Shown: positions 13,111-26,173 of the stretch, one piece after another | How positions within the stretch are numbered: the first letter of the stretch is position 1 | How the letters are laid out: each line of letters begins with the position of its first letter | Origin: the human T2T-CHM13v2.0 reference genome, Homo sapiens | DNA length: 64,000 nt | NCBI RefSeq assembly: GCF_009914755.1 | Contig: NC_060937.1 | Reading direction: 5' to 3' (one strand) | Notes under the pieces: model-generated | Database searches by the model: none | What the model saw: only the letters and a program-made list of their open reading frames with translations | What the model was told of the DNA's origin: nothing | Position numbers and translations under genes: made by a program

Positions 13111-14346
13111 GGGAGAAAAATGTCTCAGGGGATCATTGGGTGAGTGAGGGTAGAGTTGATTAAGAAGATGAGGGAAGAAGAAAAAGGACAGCAGAGACCT
13201 GGACAACCCTCAGGGTGGTGGGCTTCTGATAGCTGAGTAGGCAACTGTGGTTCTACCTCCAGTGTAGAAGGAAGAGCAGAGAGGAGGAGGGGATATTGAG
13301 AGAGAATTCTTTGACGAGCTATACACTCTAGAATCATAATAGCTGAGAATAGTGCAATCTGACATTCAGATACCATTGCAATAATGAAGTCACACGCTAT
13401 AGGCAGGAGACTATGTCTGTAAGGACATCTGTGACTCTTCTAATGAAAAGTTTTTGTGTGCCTGTTATAACAAGGAGGGACCCACTGGGGAAATTCTGTC
13501 CTAGTTCTACTGCATAGCTGTCTTTGGAAAGAGAACCTAAGTATGTATTGTCATCCCAAAAAAACAAAAAACAAAAAATTTCAGCCATCTGCCAAAATTA
13601 CTGAGGTTAGTGACGAAGAAGAGATCTGATTATGTTTAGTATAATTTTAATATTTCTATTTTTATTTATTCGAGGACATGTAATCCTAACCTAACCTTTG
13701 GTAAACCAGATGATTTTAGTTTATATTTCCCACTGATAATACTATTCTTGATTCTTTTGCCTAGATAAGTGGGAGCTTATCATGAAGCAATGTATTTTAG
13801 TTTGAGTTTGGCCTTTTAGTTTCTTTTTCTACATTAGGACTCACTATCTTGTTAGCATGTGGTTCCTGGGCTGTCTATGGATTTCTTTGATGAAAACCTC
13901 AAGGTAAATTGGTTTGCTTTACCTCCTGAGATGGTAATTTAGATAGACAAGAAGAATCAGAGTCCTGAACACTCTCATTGGCCTTTCATGATCACATCTT
14001 CCCGTAAACAATCAGAAACAGGTAACAGTGGCAGATTAACTCCTTGCTGGCAAAAAGAAATCCATTCTAGACTGGGGATCAGCCCAGCTCTCACTTCAGC
14101 TCTGCCATCAACTCCTAGAGTGCCTCATCACAAAACACCAACATATTTTCAGGATCAAAAACAGGTATTCCAGCAGAAGCCCTGGCCTGCTGCCCATTCC
14201 ACTCTTTCCCACCCCTCACTCCATCTCGTGCTGTAAGGGGGATGATCTTAAGTCTGTGGACACCTCAGGCCAGAGGTGCAAGCTGTGGCCAACCCTCCCA
14301 TCAAACACTTACCCATTGGATGGACTCCCCAGCCCAGGCCAGGATG

Positions 14347-14861
14347 TGTGGTAGCGTTCCTCACACAGGGGCACCAGCTGCAGGGGTCTGACCCCCAGAC
14401 CCTGACCCAGCGACGGATGAATGAAGTACACTGACACACAGATATTCTGCTTTGCCAGTCCAGCTGAGTGTCCAAGCCACTTACAGACTCCAGCAGAGTC
14501 CTGTAAACAGCTGTGACTGTGGCCCTGACCAGCTAGTGAGACTCGCGTTTATTGGTAAAGATTAATCGATAAAGGCTTGAGTCAACACCACTAGAGGGTA
14601 ATTGACATTGTGGACTTCCTGAGTAGAAAGCACTTAAGCACCCACGGTACATCAAAGATTAGTCTTAAGACCACATAAGTAAACAAGCTAGCTAGATAAC
14701 TTCCCCATATTCCTTTGTTATTACTCTAATTTATTTAGCTAGAGATCAGGTTGCCTTCAACCATATATATTATCAAAGTTATGCAAACTCTCAGGCCTTC
14801 CAAGAGGGTTTGTGGCTATCTTAACTAATATTTTTCCTACCAGCCTGACTGAACCCCAACA
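14347..14861 (-). mobile_element. LTR22 (HERV-K HML-5) LTR with retained primer-binding site
   Basis: Minus strand starts TGTTGGGGTTCAGTCAGGCTGGTAGGAAAAATATTAG, AATAAA at ~14548-14553 on minus, LTR ends CCCCTGCA, then TGGTGCCCCTGTGTGAGGA; AGGATG direct repeat at 14341-14346 and 14862-14867. Confidence 0.8.
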
Positions 14862-16609
14862 AGGATGGATCTTGGGAAGAGGTTTGCAGGTCCTGTAGGC
14901 TGTGAGGGGTTGTTTGGGGCTGATAATTTTGGGGTCCTCAGTACCTGGAACATGGAATAGAATGGGGGAGGGCCACAAGCTTCAGGGGACACATCTATCC
15001 TGGCCCCACATTTCTTTTCCCCACAGGGAGGTGCACGGCTGAAGGAAGACCGTGGGGGCTGTGGTTTCTGGGGTCCCAGGGCTGGTGTTCATGCTCAGCC
15101 CCTCTGGGCCTCAATGCTGGTAGGAAGTGACAGGATGGCTGGCCCAGATGTCGCAGGCAAGCACTAGTCAGAGACTGCTTGAGAGGTGGAAGAGGGAGTT
15201 GATTGTCTAGTTGTGATAATTTCCTCGGCCAATCATAGGACGTACCTAAAGTTCTGTCAAAAGAGATTAACTCCTTTGGGCATTCAAATGCAGAGACTCC
15301 CTAAGAATCACATTAAAATATGAATGTCCACAACCCCTGTTCTCTTCTTCTCTGTATTTCCAGGCTCTGGAAATGTAATCTATAAATAAATATTAGATGA
15401 ATGTAATTGAATGAAAATTCCCGAATGAGGTCATGTCTTAAGGTCTTCTCAGGTAACATCTGAACAGATACTCTTTTCCCATGACGGTTGGCTAGGAGGG
15501 AAGGAGGCACTGGAACGGGGAGGCAAGCCTGTGTGAACTGTCACAGAGTAGGCTGCTGCTTCAGATTTTGTTGCACACCTACCCTAGAAATAAATCAGCC
15601 TTTCCTAATCCTCTGCATAGTGGGCAGGGGGCTTAGGCAAAGCGGGAGGGGACAGCTCTTAGGGTGACACTTCGCCTGTATAATCACATGGGCCGTCTGT
15701 CAGAAGCATGATTCCCAGAGAGGTCAACATGTTCCTTTCGGGCCTTTCAGATACTTTGTAGGCAAGTCAGTGCCCAACATAAGCCATTGGTTATTTTCAG
15801 GGATGTGGAAACATTGACTTGCTCTGGTTTCAGATCTAACCATCCTATTTCACAGTACATTTCATGCAGAACCTGCCTCAAATTTTCCTGGCAATAGGGG
15901 GAATATGAAGTCTAATTAAATAAGTAAATATCTGATGTATATTTGTATTGGACAGGCTCCACAAACTGGAAGAAGAGGCTTTGCATTAATACCTTTTGGG
16001 TTTGTGAACAAGTTTGTTTTCTAGAATGAAGTTGCAGAGTGTACTGCAAATATAAATGGAGAAGTCAGTTCCTTTATTTGAGGCCCCTGACCATCTTCCA
16101 TTGTCACCATGGAGATGCCATATCTGCTGCTCCTAGGGGAAAACATGGCCCTTTGTCATTATCAAGTTATTTGATCCTCTCTTCTTTTCAGCAGACACAC
16201 AAGCATACACATATAGGACATTTTAATGCCTTTTTATTGAAGACCATAAGCCTTTGCGTGTAGCTTTGAACCATCCTGTCACCTGGAACATTGGTTTACA
16301 GAGGTGGGAACACAGCTCATATAGCTTCTCCTTTTGCTAATATTTTAACCTGTGGTCCAAGATCTAAACATATGGTATTGATGGTCAAGCTCAACATCAC
16401 CTTCCAAATAGTCTCCTCCAAAGCAAACACTATTGTGAATATCCTTCCTGTGTCTCTGCTGCCATCACAGGGCAAGAAATCAAGGATGCAGATTTCCGTC
16501 TTTATCCACCTCCGTCTTCATCTACAATCTCTTCCCAGGCTGACTAGATCACCACCAGACTCCACTCATGTCTACAGCACCGAGTAGTTGAGACAAAGTA
16601 CAATGGGGT

Positions 16610-16984
16610 TGATGGTAGACTGTGTGACTGTTCACTGAAGTCTCTGTGCCTCCCTCGGGGAGGTTTATAGTTTACCCTTCCCTGCCCCATCAGACTCAGG
16701 CAGGGTCAATGAAATGTGACTGGAGAGAAATGTTGTCACTTCTAGGCTGATGTTTTAAGAGCAAGCACGTGCTTGAGCATTCTTGACTTTGCTCTGCCCA
16801 GCAGCCAGCGATGCTCAGAGGAGTGGCTGCTCCACCAGCCTGGCTCTCCAAGTGCAGATGATTACAGGGGTGACTTAGTGAGGAGAGCCCCAGCTGATCT
16901 GCAGTAGACAGACAGCGTGAGGGAGAAATACACCTTTGTTGCTTTAAGCCGCTGAGATTTCCACAGCCTTGTTTGAATGATACA
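16610..16984 (+). mobile_element. MaLR LTR (MLT1J-like)
   Basis: GAGAAATACACCTTTGTTGCTTTAAGCCGCTGAGATTT, ends TGATACA. Confidence 0.7.
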
Positions 16985-17019
16985 GAGTCAAGCGTTAGTT
17001 ATTTTCAGAATGGAAAAGT

Positions 17020-17170
17020 TCGTTCCAACTTTGGCTCAGAATACCTGGCTTCTAGTTCTGCCTCTTCCTAGAAGGGAGATATTAGCCAAGGTTTTTAAAC
17101 TTTGTGAGTCTCTGCCCAGCCTATCAATCTCACAGGGTCATTGAACAAAATGAGATAACAAGATGCTTCT
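17020..17170 (+). mobile_element. MIR fragment
   Basis: ACCTGGCTTCTAGTTCTGCCTCT...AATCTCACAGGGTCATTG...AAATGAGATAA. Confidence 0.5.
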
Positions 17171-17697
17171 GCTTTACAAATATACTAGCGAGAGTATTAG
17201 CACTAGCGAGAGTTTCTGAAAACCAGAAAGAGCAAGAATTCGGGTTCTTTCCCTCCTGAGTCCTCCAAGGGCTTCCTTTCCCTCCATTGTTCTAGGCAGT
17301 GAAGGGGAGTGCTGTCCAACTTAGATGTGACAAATGGGGACCTGTCGAGGCTTGATGATAGGATGGTGACAAAGAAAGAGAAAGAATGGCTTCTGTCCTC
17401 AGGAGGCTGGCCCCTATAAGAAATAGCACAAAAATCCAAGAAAGTTGTGCAGGACACTTTCAATGGACACGTTTTCAATGGTGGGGGCAAAGCAGAGATG
17501 ACTGAATGCTGACTCACAACCTGCGGCAGCCCCCAGGGAAACCAACCTATTCTCTTTGGTGACCTGGCCAGGAATCTAACCTACTCTCTATCCCCCGTGA
17601 AGGGCAGGTTGCATGAGAGATGGCAGAGAGGGATCACACCCATCAGGGCATTTTATTGGGACAGAAGGAGGGGAAAGGTGCCAGTTTTAACCATGTG

Positions 17698-17707
17698 CTC
17701 TCTCTCT

Positions 17708-17785
<78 letters not shown>
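17698..17785. repeat. Compound (TC)n(CA)n microsatellite
   Basis: Direct reading. Confidence 0.95.
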
Positions 17786-17786
<1 letters not shown>

Positions 17787-19134
17787 CACTTGTTGAGGTC
17801 ATTGTCATTTTCTCTATGTTTCTCAATGAGAAACCAGAGGCTTAAATGCTGGCCTGTGTTCTTCAAAGCCCGTACTCTCTAGGCAGCCACCCTCCTGCCT
17901 TCCTGGGGACTGCTTTGAGTGGCACTTCCTATCATATGTGGACCTGGAAGTGCCAATGGCATATTCCATTAAAGCTTGTGCCCCCTCTCCTTCCCTCCTA
18001 AATTAGGTGGTTAAATTTTCTCTTCACAGGCTGGGCCTTTGGCAGCTTCCACTGCCTGCAAGGCCTAATTGAGCAGGAGTCTCCCGGGGGCTCCGCGCTG
18101 CTATTTCCTGATGAGCAAGGGGAGCAGGGAGCCTGGAATGCGACCACTCTCATTACTGAGGGACCCCCCCGTTTGTCATTCGTCTTATTGCATCATCACT
18201 ATTTTAATTAACCATCTTTGCCATTGGGCCTGCAAGTAATTGTTCTCTGCATTGTTCAAACCACTAGGATGGATACTTTTCAAGGTGCAGGCTTTCCGCT
18301 CCATCACCCATTACTAATTAAAGCAGGAGAAGCTTTTTAAACTCTCTCTGCAGAAGGCCTGCATGTCAGGTAGGATGTGACCCTCATTAGCACGGGGAAG
18401 ATTACAAGCCCTGCTGTTATTATCCAGGCCCCAGGCCCCTTTCTGAAAGTCACCACTTGCTAAGAGGGAGTGTTGATCTGATGTAGATGTTTGACCTACA
18501 GAGCAAAAGTAAAAGATAATTTTTTATTCTAGCAACGGGATGAGATGGCATTTACCTTCCTATGTGCCGGGTAATTTTCTAGTTAAGCAGCAGGTAAAAA
18601 GCAAAGAGGAAAAAAAAAAACCCTCCAAAGTATGACTGTGGAAAAGGTTATATTAAAAGGAATCCAGTAAAGAAAGTTATACTGCATCTCAGGATTGTGA
18701 AGATAAGGACTCTCCTGGGACTGATTCTAGACAGAAGGCTGTGGTGGTACAAGTTCACTGAAATGCTGGCTGTGGAGATAAACGTGACAGAAAGAAAAGC
18801 AAAGTAGATGAAAAACTTTATAAAGTGTGTTGTAGAAATGGCTTCACAAAACTGCTTCCAGATCCAAACAATGAAAGGAAAACCAGGTGTGGCTAAAACA
18901 AGCAATTTGAATGGAACTGATGACTGATCATTGTTCCAAATCTCTGAGTTCCAAATCTCTGAAACATAGTATGGCTGAACCATCCTGTGATATTCACCAA
19001 TGATCTATCTATGAGGCTGTGCAAAAAGCAGCAGGTTCTCCTAATCCTTCTGTGACTGGGGTCTCTTAAATCCATTTGTGGGACTATCCGTGATTTAGTT
19101 CAGGACCCCATTTCTTCAAAGCTATTCTTTCTTC

Positions 19135-20048
19135 TGAGAGACTGACTATAGGAACAGACAAGGGCTAGACCATATATCAAAATAGAACTCTGACCTACAA
19201 CCTGCAGCAATCTGTCCAGGAAACCAAACCATTCTCTCTGGAAACCAGGCCAGCAATCCAACCTACTGTCCGGAAGTCAATTGTGTGAAAGACCACTGTC
19301 TCTACTAACGATCCAGGAAACCGAATGATAGCCCCTATATTGATCAGCTTCAAATGGCCAGGACATGATTAATCTTCTACACTTCCCTGATTTTTGTCCC
19401 CACTTCCAACTTAGGACCAACCAAAGAATTCAAATATGCCCCCGATATGGTTTGGCTGTGTCCCCACTCAAATCTCATCTTGGATTGTGGCTCCCACAAT
19501 TCCCATGTGTTGTGGGAGGGACCCAGTGGGAGGTGGTTGAATCATGGGGGCGGGTCTTTCCCTTGCTATTCTCATGATAGTGAATGGATCTCACAAGATC
19601 TGATGGTTTTATAAAGGGGAGTTTCCCTGCACAAGCTCCCTTCTCTTGTCTGCCACCATGTGAGATGTGCCTTTCACCTTCTGCCATGATTGTGAGGCCT
19701 CCCCAGCCACGTGGAACTGTGAGTTCATTAAACCTCTTTCTTTTCTAAATTTCCCAGTGTCAGGTATGTCTTTGTCAGCAGCATGAAAATGGGCTAACAC
19801 ACCCTCTAAGCAATCACATGGCTGCCCTACTCCTAGTTGGCCGCCCCTGGCTTCCCCAGGCCAACGGCCTCTGTCTGACCAGGGCACACCTGAAGCCATC
19901 CCTTGTGCCTGCTATAAAGCTGTCCCACTCCTCTGCCTGCCTTTGAATCTCTGCCAGACACCAGTGATGGTGGCCAGCTCCTTTGCTACACAGCAAGCTC
20001 CAGATAAATTGCCTTTGCTTTTCAAATTTGGTTGGTCATTGTTTCCAC
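19135..20048 (+). mobile_element. ERV1 LTR (MER34/MER39-like), split by a THE1B LTR
   Basis: AATAGAACTCTGACCTACAACCTGCAGCAA; GCCTGCCTTTGAATCTCTGCCA; ends TTTCCACA. Confidence 0.65.
19443..19801 (+). mobile_element. THE1B solo LTR
   Basis: GATATGGTTTGGCTGTGTCCCCAC...GGGGAGTTTCCCTGCACAAGCTC...CTAACACA. Confidence 0.9.
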
Positions 20049-20208
20049 ACTTTTCTCTCTATCCTCTGCTCCAATGCTTCTTGGAGTCTACTTTTTAAAA
20101 TTTTCTTCTATGTCAGGGTCACATGTTTAACAACTTCTTATTTTCATCATGTAGGACCCTTTATTTCTTTTCCAGTGAAACCATCCCAAGTTATCCCAGG
20201 TCAATTGG

Positions 20209-20789
20209 TGCATTAGTTATCTATTGTGAAAGAAATTACCCCAAATCTTAGCAGCTTAATATGACACCCATTTTATTATCTTATAGTTTCCATGGGTTAG
20301 GAATCTGGCCATGGCTGAGCTGGGTGCCACTGTCCCCAGTCTCTCTCAAGGCTGTAATCAAGGTCTCTCCAGGGACTGTAATTATCTCGAAGCTCACCCG
20401 GGGCAGGATCTGCCTCCAAGCTCACTCAGTGGTTGTCAGAGGGCTGTATTTTCTCATGGGTTGCTGGTCTCAAGGCCTCAGTTTCTCCTGGGCTCTTGGC
20501 CAAGCCACCCCCCGGTTTCTTGCTACATAAGCCTCTCTACAGGGCAGTTCACAGCATGGCATCTGGCTTCACAGAAGTGGGCATTAGAATGAGAAAGTTT
20601 CAGCCAGATGGAAGTCACAGTCTTTTATGATCTGATCTCAGAGGTGACATCTCATTACTTTGGCCATATTCTGTTCATTAGAAGCAGATCATCAAATCCA
20701 GCCAACGGTCGAGGGGAAAGTATCACACAAGAGCATGAAGGCCAGGAGGCAGGATCACTGGGACACATTTTAGAACACCACCTGCTACA
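20209..20789 (-). mobile_element. MaLR LTR (MLT1F-like)
   Basis: TTAGTTATCTATTG...TTACCCCAAATCTTAGCAGCTTAA...GGATCTGCCTCCAAGCTCACTCA. Confidence 0.75.
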
Positions 20790-21798
20790 ATGAGCCAGGG
20801 AGTATGTGGCCTGCTCTCCTTTCAAGCCTATCTGTGTTTCCTCTGTGCACAAAACTCCCCCTTATTCTTGAGCTAGTCCCTCCTACCCACTCCTCCCAAA
20901 ACGTACCAGTAAAATCTTCCTCTTTTCCCCTTTGAGTAAACATCAAAGGGCTCTATTCTTTTTTAAGTTATTTTGTATCTACGTTTTCACTTTCCCCTTA
21001 CCATAGAGTGGCCATTATTGTTTCTAGAACTCTAGGGAGATTATTTTGCTTGTGGCCTCTGGCAACAGAGCCCCGGGCAAAAGTTTGGGTTCCCCTTTCC
21101 TTCTCAGTGAACTCAGATCACCAGAGACATTGCAGTTCTACCTAGAATCCTGCTTTATACTATTGGAAGGATCATGTGGGTCAAGAGATGTACAAGCTCA
21201 TGACTGTTTTAAGGTTGCCAAAATTAAGGATGCCACTGCTTTCTGGGCTAGAGTGGTGTTGATTCTTGTAATTGCATTAAGAGGGAAATTTCAATATTTA
21301 GATATGATATATAGTTTTCAGCTCACAAACACAGGTAACATTCATGGATGTTCTGAACTGATCAGGGCTCCAGAACTGGTGTAGCGAAATGATGAGGTGG
21401 ACACAAAAGGAATTTGCCTTTTGCCTCCAGCCAACAGTCACACCACTGTTGAGTGACAAGGGGGAATTCTTCCCACAAGCTGAGGGGATGTTCTGATGTT
21501 TTTTAATAACCCTCCCTGGGGCAGAGATTGCTGCCCACAATGAAATTTCTTAATAACCTCCCCATGCTTTAATCCTATAAGGCCCATGGCAAATTTCCAT
21601 TAGATGTTTCTTCCAATTCAATTGGGAAACAAGGGACAAATCTGTATATGCAAATTAAGGAGACAAACTTCCTAAACAAAGGAACTTCAAAGAAAGAATA
21701 CGTATATATCGTCCATTTGTCTCCAGTGCAAATCTATAGACATTGGAAAAGGGGATTGACTTTGGCCTACCTCAATCATGAAAACATTTATAATATTA

Positions 21799-22323
<525 letters not shown>

Positions 22324-22599
22324 TCAAGGAGACTGGATGACTTCTCACATCCCACACTATTCCTTCCACCCATCCTCGATATTCAATGTTCATTCCTGCT
22401 GGACTATTTTATCTCTAAGCATTTACTAAGCTCTCCTGGTGCTCAAATTTGGAGATATGAGGACTATAAATTGCAGAAATCGTTATCCTTGGCAAGATCT
22501 AGAAAGCTTATTTTAAAATTAGCATGCAATATCCAAAATCGTTAGCTGTCACTACAACTTCCTAGCTACACCCTGCTTCCCAAGTGGCAGAGTTAAATT

Positions 22600-23825
22600 G
22601 CTCATTCTTTTAATGACTCCTCATCCAGAGACCACAGACATCTCAACAAGCCCAAACCAAACTCATCCTCTCTCCTACCATGAATCTCATTCCCCTTCTC
22701 TTTCCATCATGTCTTGATTACACCAAACATATAATTAGTCACCAAATTCTGCAGTTTGTTCTTCCATACTTCTCTCACCATGATTCTTTTTTTGGAACTT
22801 ACAGACTCATCCTTGGTCAACCTTCCCTATCTCTTTCCTGTTTTGTTATCATAGCCTTTTACCTACCCTCCATCTTCCACTCTGAAATTAGAGGGAATTC
22901 ACAAAACCATAGTTCAGGTAATGTCACTGCAAAATTCTGTTACCGTTTCCAGAATAAGGCTCGAGATCTTTATCTTCTCTTTTTCTCTCATGCCCATAGT
23001 CAAACCTTTTAACCTATCCCAAAGTACATCAAGAATTCCACCATTTTGTACCACCTCCACTGCTTCCGCCCTGGTCAAATCACTATCATCTCATGCCTGG
23101 ATCATTGCAGTAGCCTCCTCTTTGTTTTCATATCCTCTGCCTTGGCCCTTGTAGGACGATCCCATCACAGCAGACAGAGTGACACATTTTTAAACAACAT
23201 CAGATCATGTCACACCTCTACTTAAAACACTCTAGTGGTTTCCCTTCTCACTCAGAATAAAAGCCCAAAATCCATGAAATAGGCCCATCACAATCAGTCC
23301 CCCCTCCTTCCTGCCTGTCACCTTGCTAACTTCATCTCCTACCACCCTCCCCTCCAATCCCACTTCATTACAGTCATATTGGCCTCCTCTCTCTTTCTCA
23401 TACACACCAGGTAGACTCTCAGGGCCCTGACATTGGCTTTTCCCTCTGTCTGAAACATTCTTCCCCCAGATGGCTCCCTCCCTCACCATATATAGATATA
23501 TAGATATAGATATATAGATATAGATATATAGATATAGATAGATATAGACATATAGACATAGATATATAGATATAGATATATATCTCCAAAATCGTTAGCT
23601 GTCACAACATCTTATACATATGTATATGTCTCATACCTACATTGCATTTATTATCATCTGACATACCATATATTTTATTTGTCTTGTTCATTTTCTCACC
23701 CTGTAAAATGTAAACTCACAAAGAAATGCATTTTTTAAAATGAGTTTATAATGTTTAAATGTTCAGAACCTAAGATACTGCCTGGCACCCAGCAGGTACT
23801 TGATATCTACTTGTTGAATTAATTA
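22600..23825 (+). mobile_element. L2 3' region (degraded)
   Basis: CAGATCATGTCACACCTCTACTTAAAACACTCTAGTGGTTTCCC...CTCAGAATAAAAGCCCAAA; ends TGCCTGGCACCCAGCAGGTACT...TGTTGAATT. Confidence 0.75.
23487..23584. repeat. (TATAGA)n microsatellite
   Basis: Direct reading. Confidence 0.95.
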
Positions 23826-24443
23826 ATAAGATATGCAAAGACATCGAAAACCTACCTCAGCAGATCAGCAATCACCCCTCCTCATCACAGATTTATGTTC
23901 TTATCATGCTTTATCATTTGCCTTTCTTCCAAAGAATTGTAATTAAAATATGTGTACACATACATGTACCTATAATTTTATTTGTTCATGTCTTGCTGTT
24001 TTCTCTGTAATGTGCCCTAGTAGAGAAACTCCTGTTCATCCTTCAAAATCCAGCTCATAAGTCACTCTCTTGCTATATGTCCCCCAGCCTCTTTCTTTCA
24101 GCCAGTTACTTGCTCCCCAATCTCCCTCATCAGAATTCTTTGTACCAACCTCTATTACAATATTATCTAATGTTAATACAGTGATTGTTTAGCAGTCTGT
24201 CTCTCCCTGCTTCTTCATCTTTGTGACTGCCATAGTACTCAGCCAAAGAGCTAAAGGCTATCAATACAATGGGTATATTGCAAGATAGAATGCAATAAAC
24301 ATTTGTTGCATTATCTATTACATTGAATAAGGGGAAGAGGACTTCTGAGGTGGTTTCTTACACTCTGAGTATAGCCAAAAGAAGCCAACACAGTGCTAGG
24401 TGAGTAAATAATACATTCCAGAAGTACTTGTAGAATACTTCAT

Positions 24444-24625
24444 CAAGTGTTCCCAAACATGCCTGGGTATAAAATGCTACCCGGAAACTTGTAAAAAATA
24501 CAGATTTCTAGGAAATGATCCCTACATACAAAATCAGAATCTCCAGGGGGAAAATCCAGCAAATCTGTGTTATTAACAAATATCACAAAGGAATCTTATG
24601 ACCAAGAAAGTTTGGGGAACCCCTG
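24444..24625. mobile_element. MER5-type hAT MITE
   Basis: Imperfect terminal inverted ends GTGTTCCCAAAC / GTTTGGGGAACCCCTG; AATCAGAATCTCCAGGG core. Confidence 0.7.
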
Positions 24626-24844
24626 GATAAAGCCACTGCAACTAAGGTGGGAGCTTGAAGCACATATGAACTGACTTTTATTTACTTTTACTTGAGGTTA
24701 ACTATGGGTGAAAAGTTTTCAGCTTTGACTCCTTCCTTAAAAATTCTAGACCAGTGCTCTGAGCTGGTTGGAGCTGAAGCACAGAGGAGCAAAGAACCCT
24801 GGGGTTTCCTGAATGCTTTCTCAAGAGTCATGAGTTAACTTTCA

Positions 24845-24950
24845 GAGATGTGTCCTCTGTTGGCCTCAGTTCACCCATCTGTAAAATGAATATGTTGCCA
24901 CCTCCTTACAAGGGTATTGGAAAGTTTAATTGTATTTTGAAATTCTTTGC
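24845..24950 (+). mobile_element. MIR fragment
   Basis: GGCCTCAGTTCACCCATCTGTAAAATG. Confidence 0.65.
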
Positions 24951-25204
24951 ATCTGTCAAAGAGTAAAGACATGCAAAGTCTAATTAGGAGCGATGAGTTA
25001 GTATTCTTGGGTTATCATGCCATTAATATCATGTCTGCATGTAAACTCATGGATTAAAGAGCCCCTTGGTTTTCATTTTGAATCACTCCCATATCCACTT
25101 GTGTATTGGGGCCCTGCCGCAGAGCCCCTCTTAGGCCAAGGTGCCATTTCTTAGGCTGTTGTTTTTGGAAACCTCGTAGGTCAGCACAATACCAGCACTT
25201 AACC

Positions 25205-25335
25205 AAGCTGGGCTCCAGTCTAGCTCCTGACACTTGAGCAAACTCAGCCTCAGTTACCTCATTTGCAAAATGGAGCAATATTTACTCCAAAGGGCCATAG
25301 TGAGAATAAGAGAATAGAAATTAAATAAATTGTAA
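25205..25335 (+). mobile_element. MIR fragment
   Basis: GCCTCAGTTACCTCATTTGCAAAATGG. Confidence 0.6.
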
Positions 25336-26173
25336 TTGCATTTTAAAAGAAAAGGAATGTTAAGAAACCAAAGATTGAGTACTGGGAGAAAAAAAATTTA
25401 CTGCCAAGAAAAGAACCCAGGGCAGTACAAAGTCTATATTCCCATAGATATGGGATTTGGGAGAGGAGAAATTGGGTAGATCTTTTAAAGCCAAAATACC
25501 CTGAAGTATCTCTTCCCATATCAGGAAAAGAAAGGCCCTGAGTATTGCCTATGCAGGGTCGGGAGGGTATCTGGGCTTACTGCTGCACTCAGCAGCTAGA
25601 AATGGTTGTGAATGTGCAGCTCCCATTTCGAGATCTTGGCATTCAGCTCACCTCTGTTGCATATGTGATGTGCTTGAGTTGGGATTTGTATTGCAACGAC
25701 TACATGCCTAGTTTGGGGTTTACGAATACTATAATGCTGATTATTATTAATAATATTAAACATAACAAATTGTTCTCCTTGTATCTTTTCACCTTCCTCT
25801 TAGGCATCTTTTCCAGCTACTGTTCATTACCTTTTAGACCACCCTTATCTGCCGTTACCCCTCAGATCTTCTGAGTATCAGAATTAAACTCCATTTTCAG
25901 GAGTCGATATTATATCTCTATTTTCAGGATCCAAGGCCCAGCTGACTAGTCAGAGAAATTTGCCAAACTAATGGCCTCAAGGACAGGATTGCTTCTGTGG
26001 ACTTCAGTAATGTCCTCTTAGTGATTTTCCAAAACAAATGTGCAGGTTAGCTGGTAGACTGCAGGATAAATAAAGGAGGGGGGATATTTGGGGATGGACA
26101 ATCTTTTGTCAGCCATCCAACCACTCCTCCTAGGGAGCAGCATATCTGCCCTGTGCAGTAAGAGTGAGATGCT

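Noticed and set aside
14358-14376. tRNA-Met gene
   Set aside because: Only the 3'-terminal ~18 nt including CCA match; this is a retroviral primer-binding site, with no cloverleaf.
23487-23584. CRISPR-like or coded repeat array
   Set aside because: Simple hexamer microsatellite without unique spacers, in eukaryotic DNA.
22532-23605. 21-bp direct repeat as the TSD of the enclosed L2
   Set aside because: L2 is too old for a perfect CpG-containing repeat to survive, and the L2 continues past the second copy.
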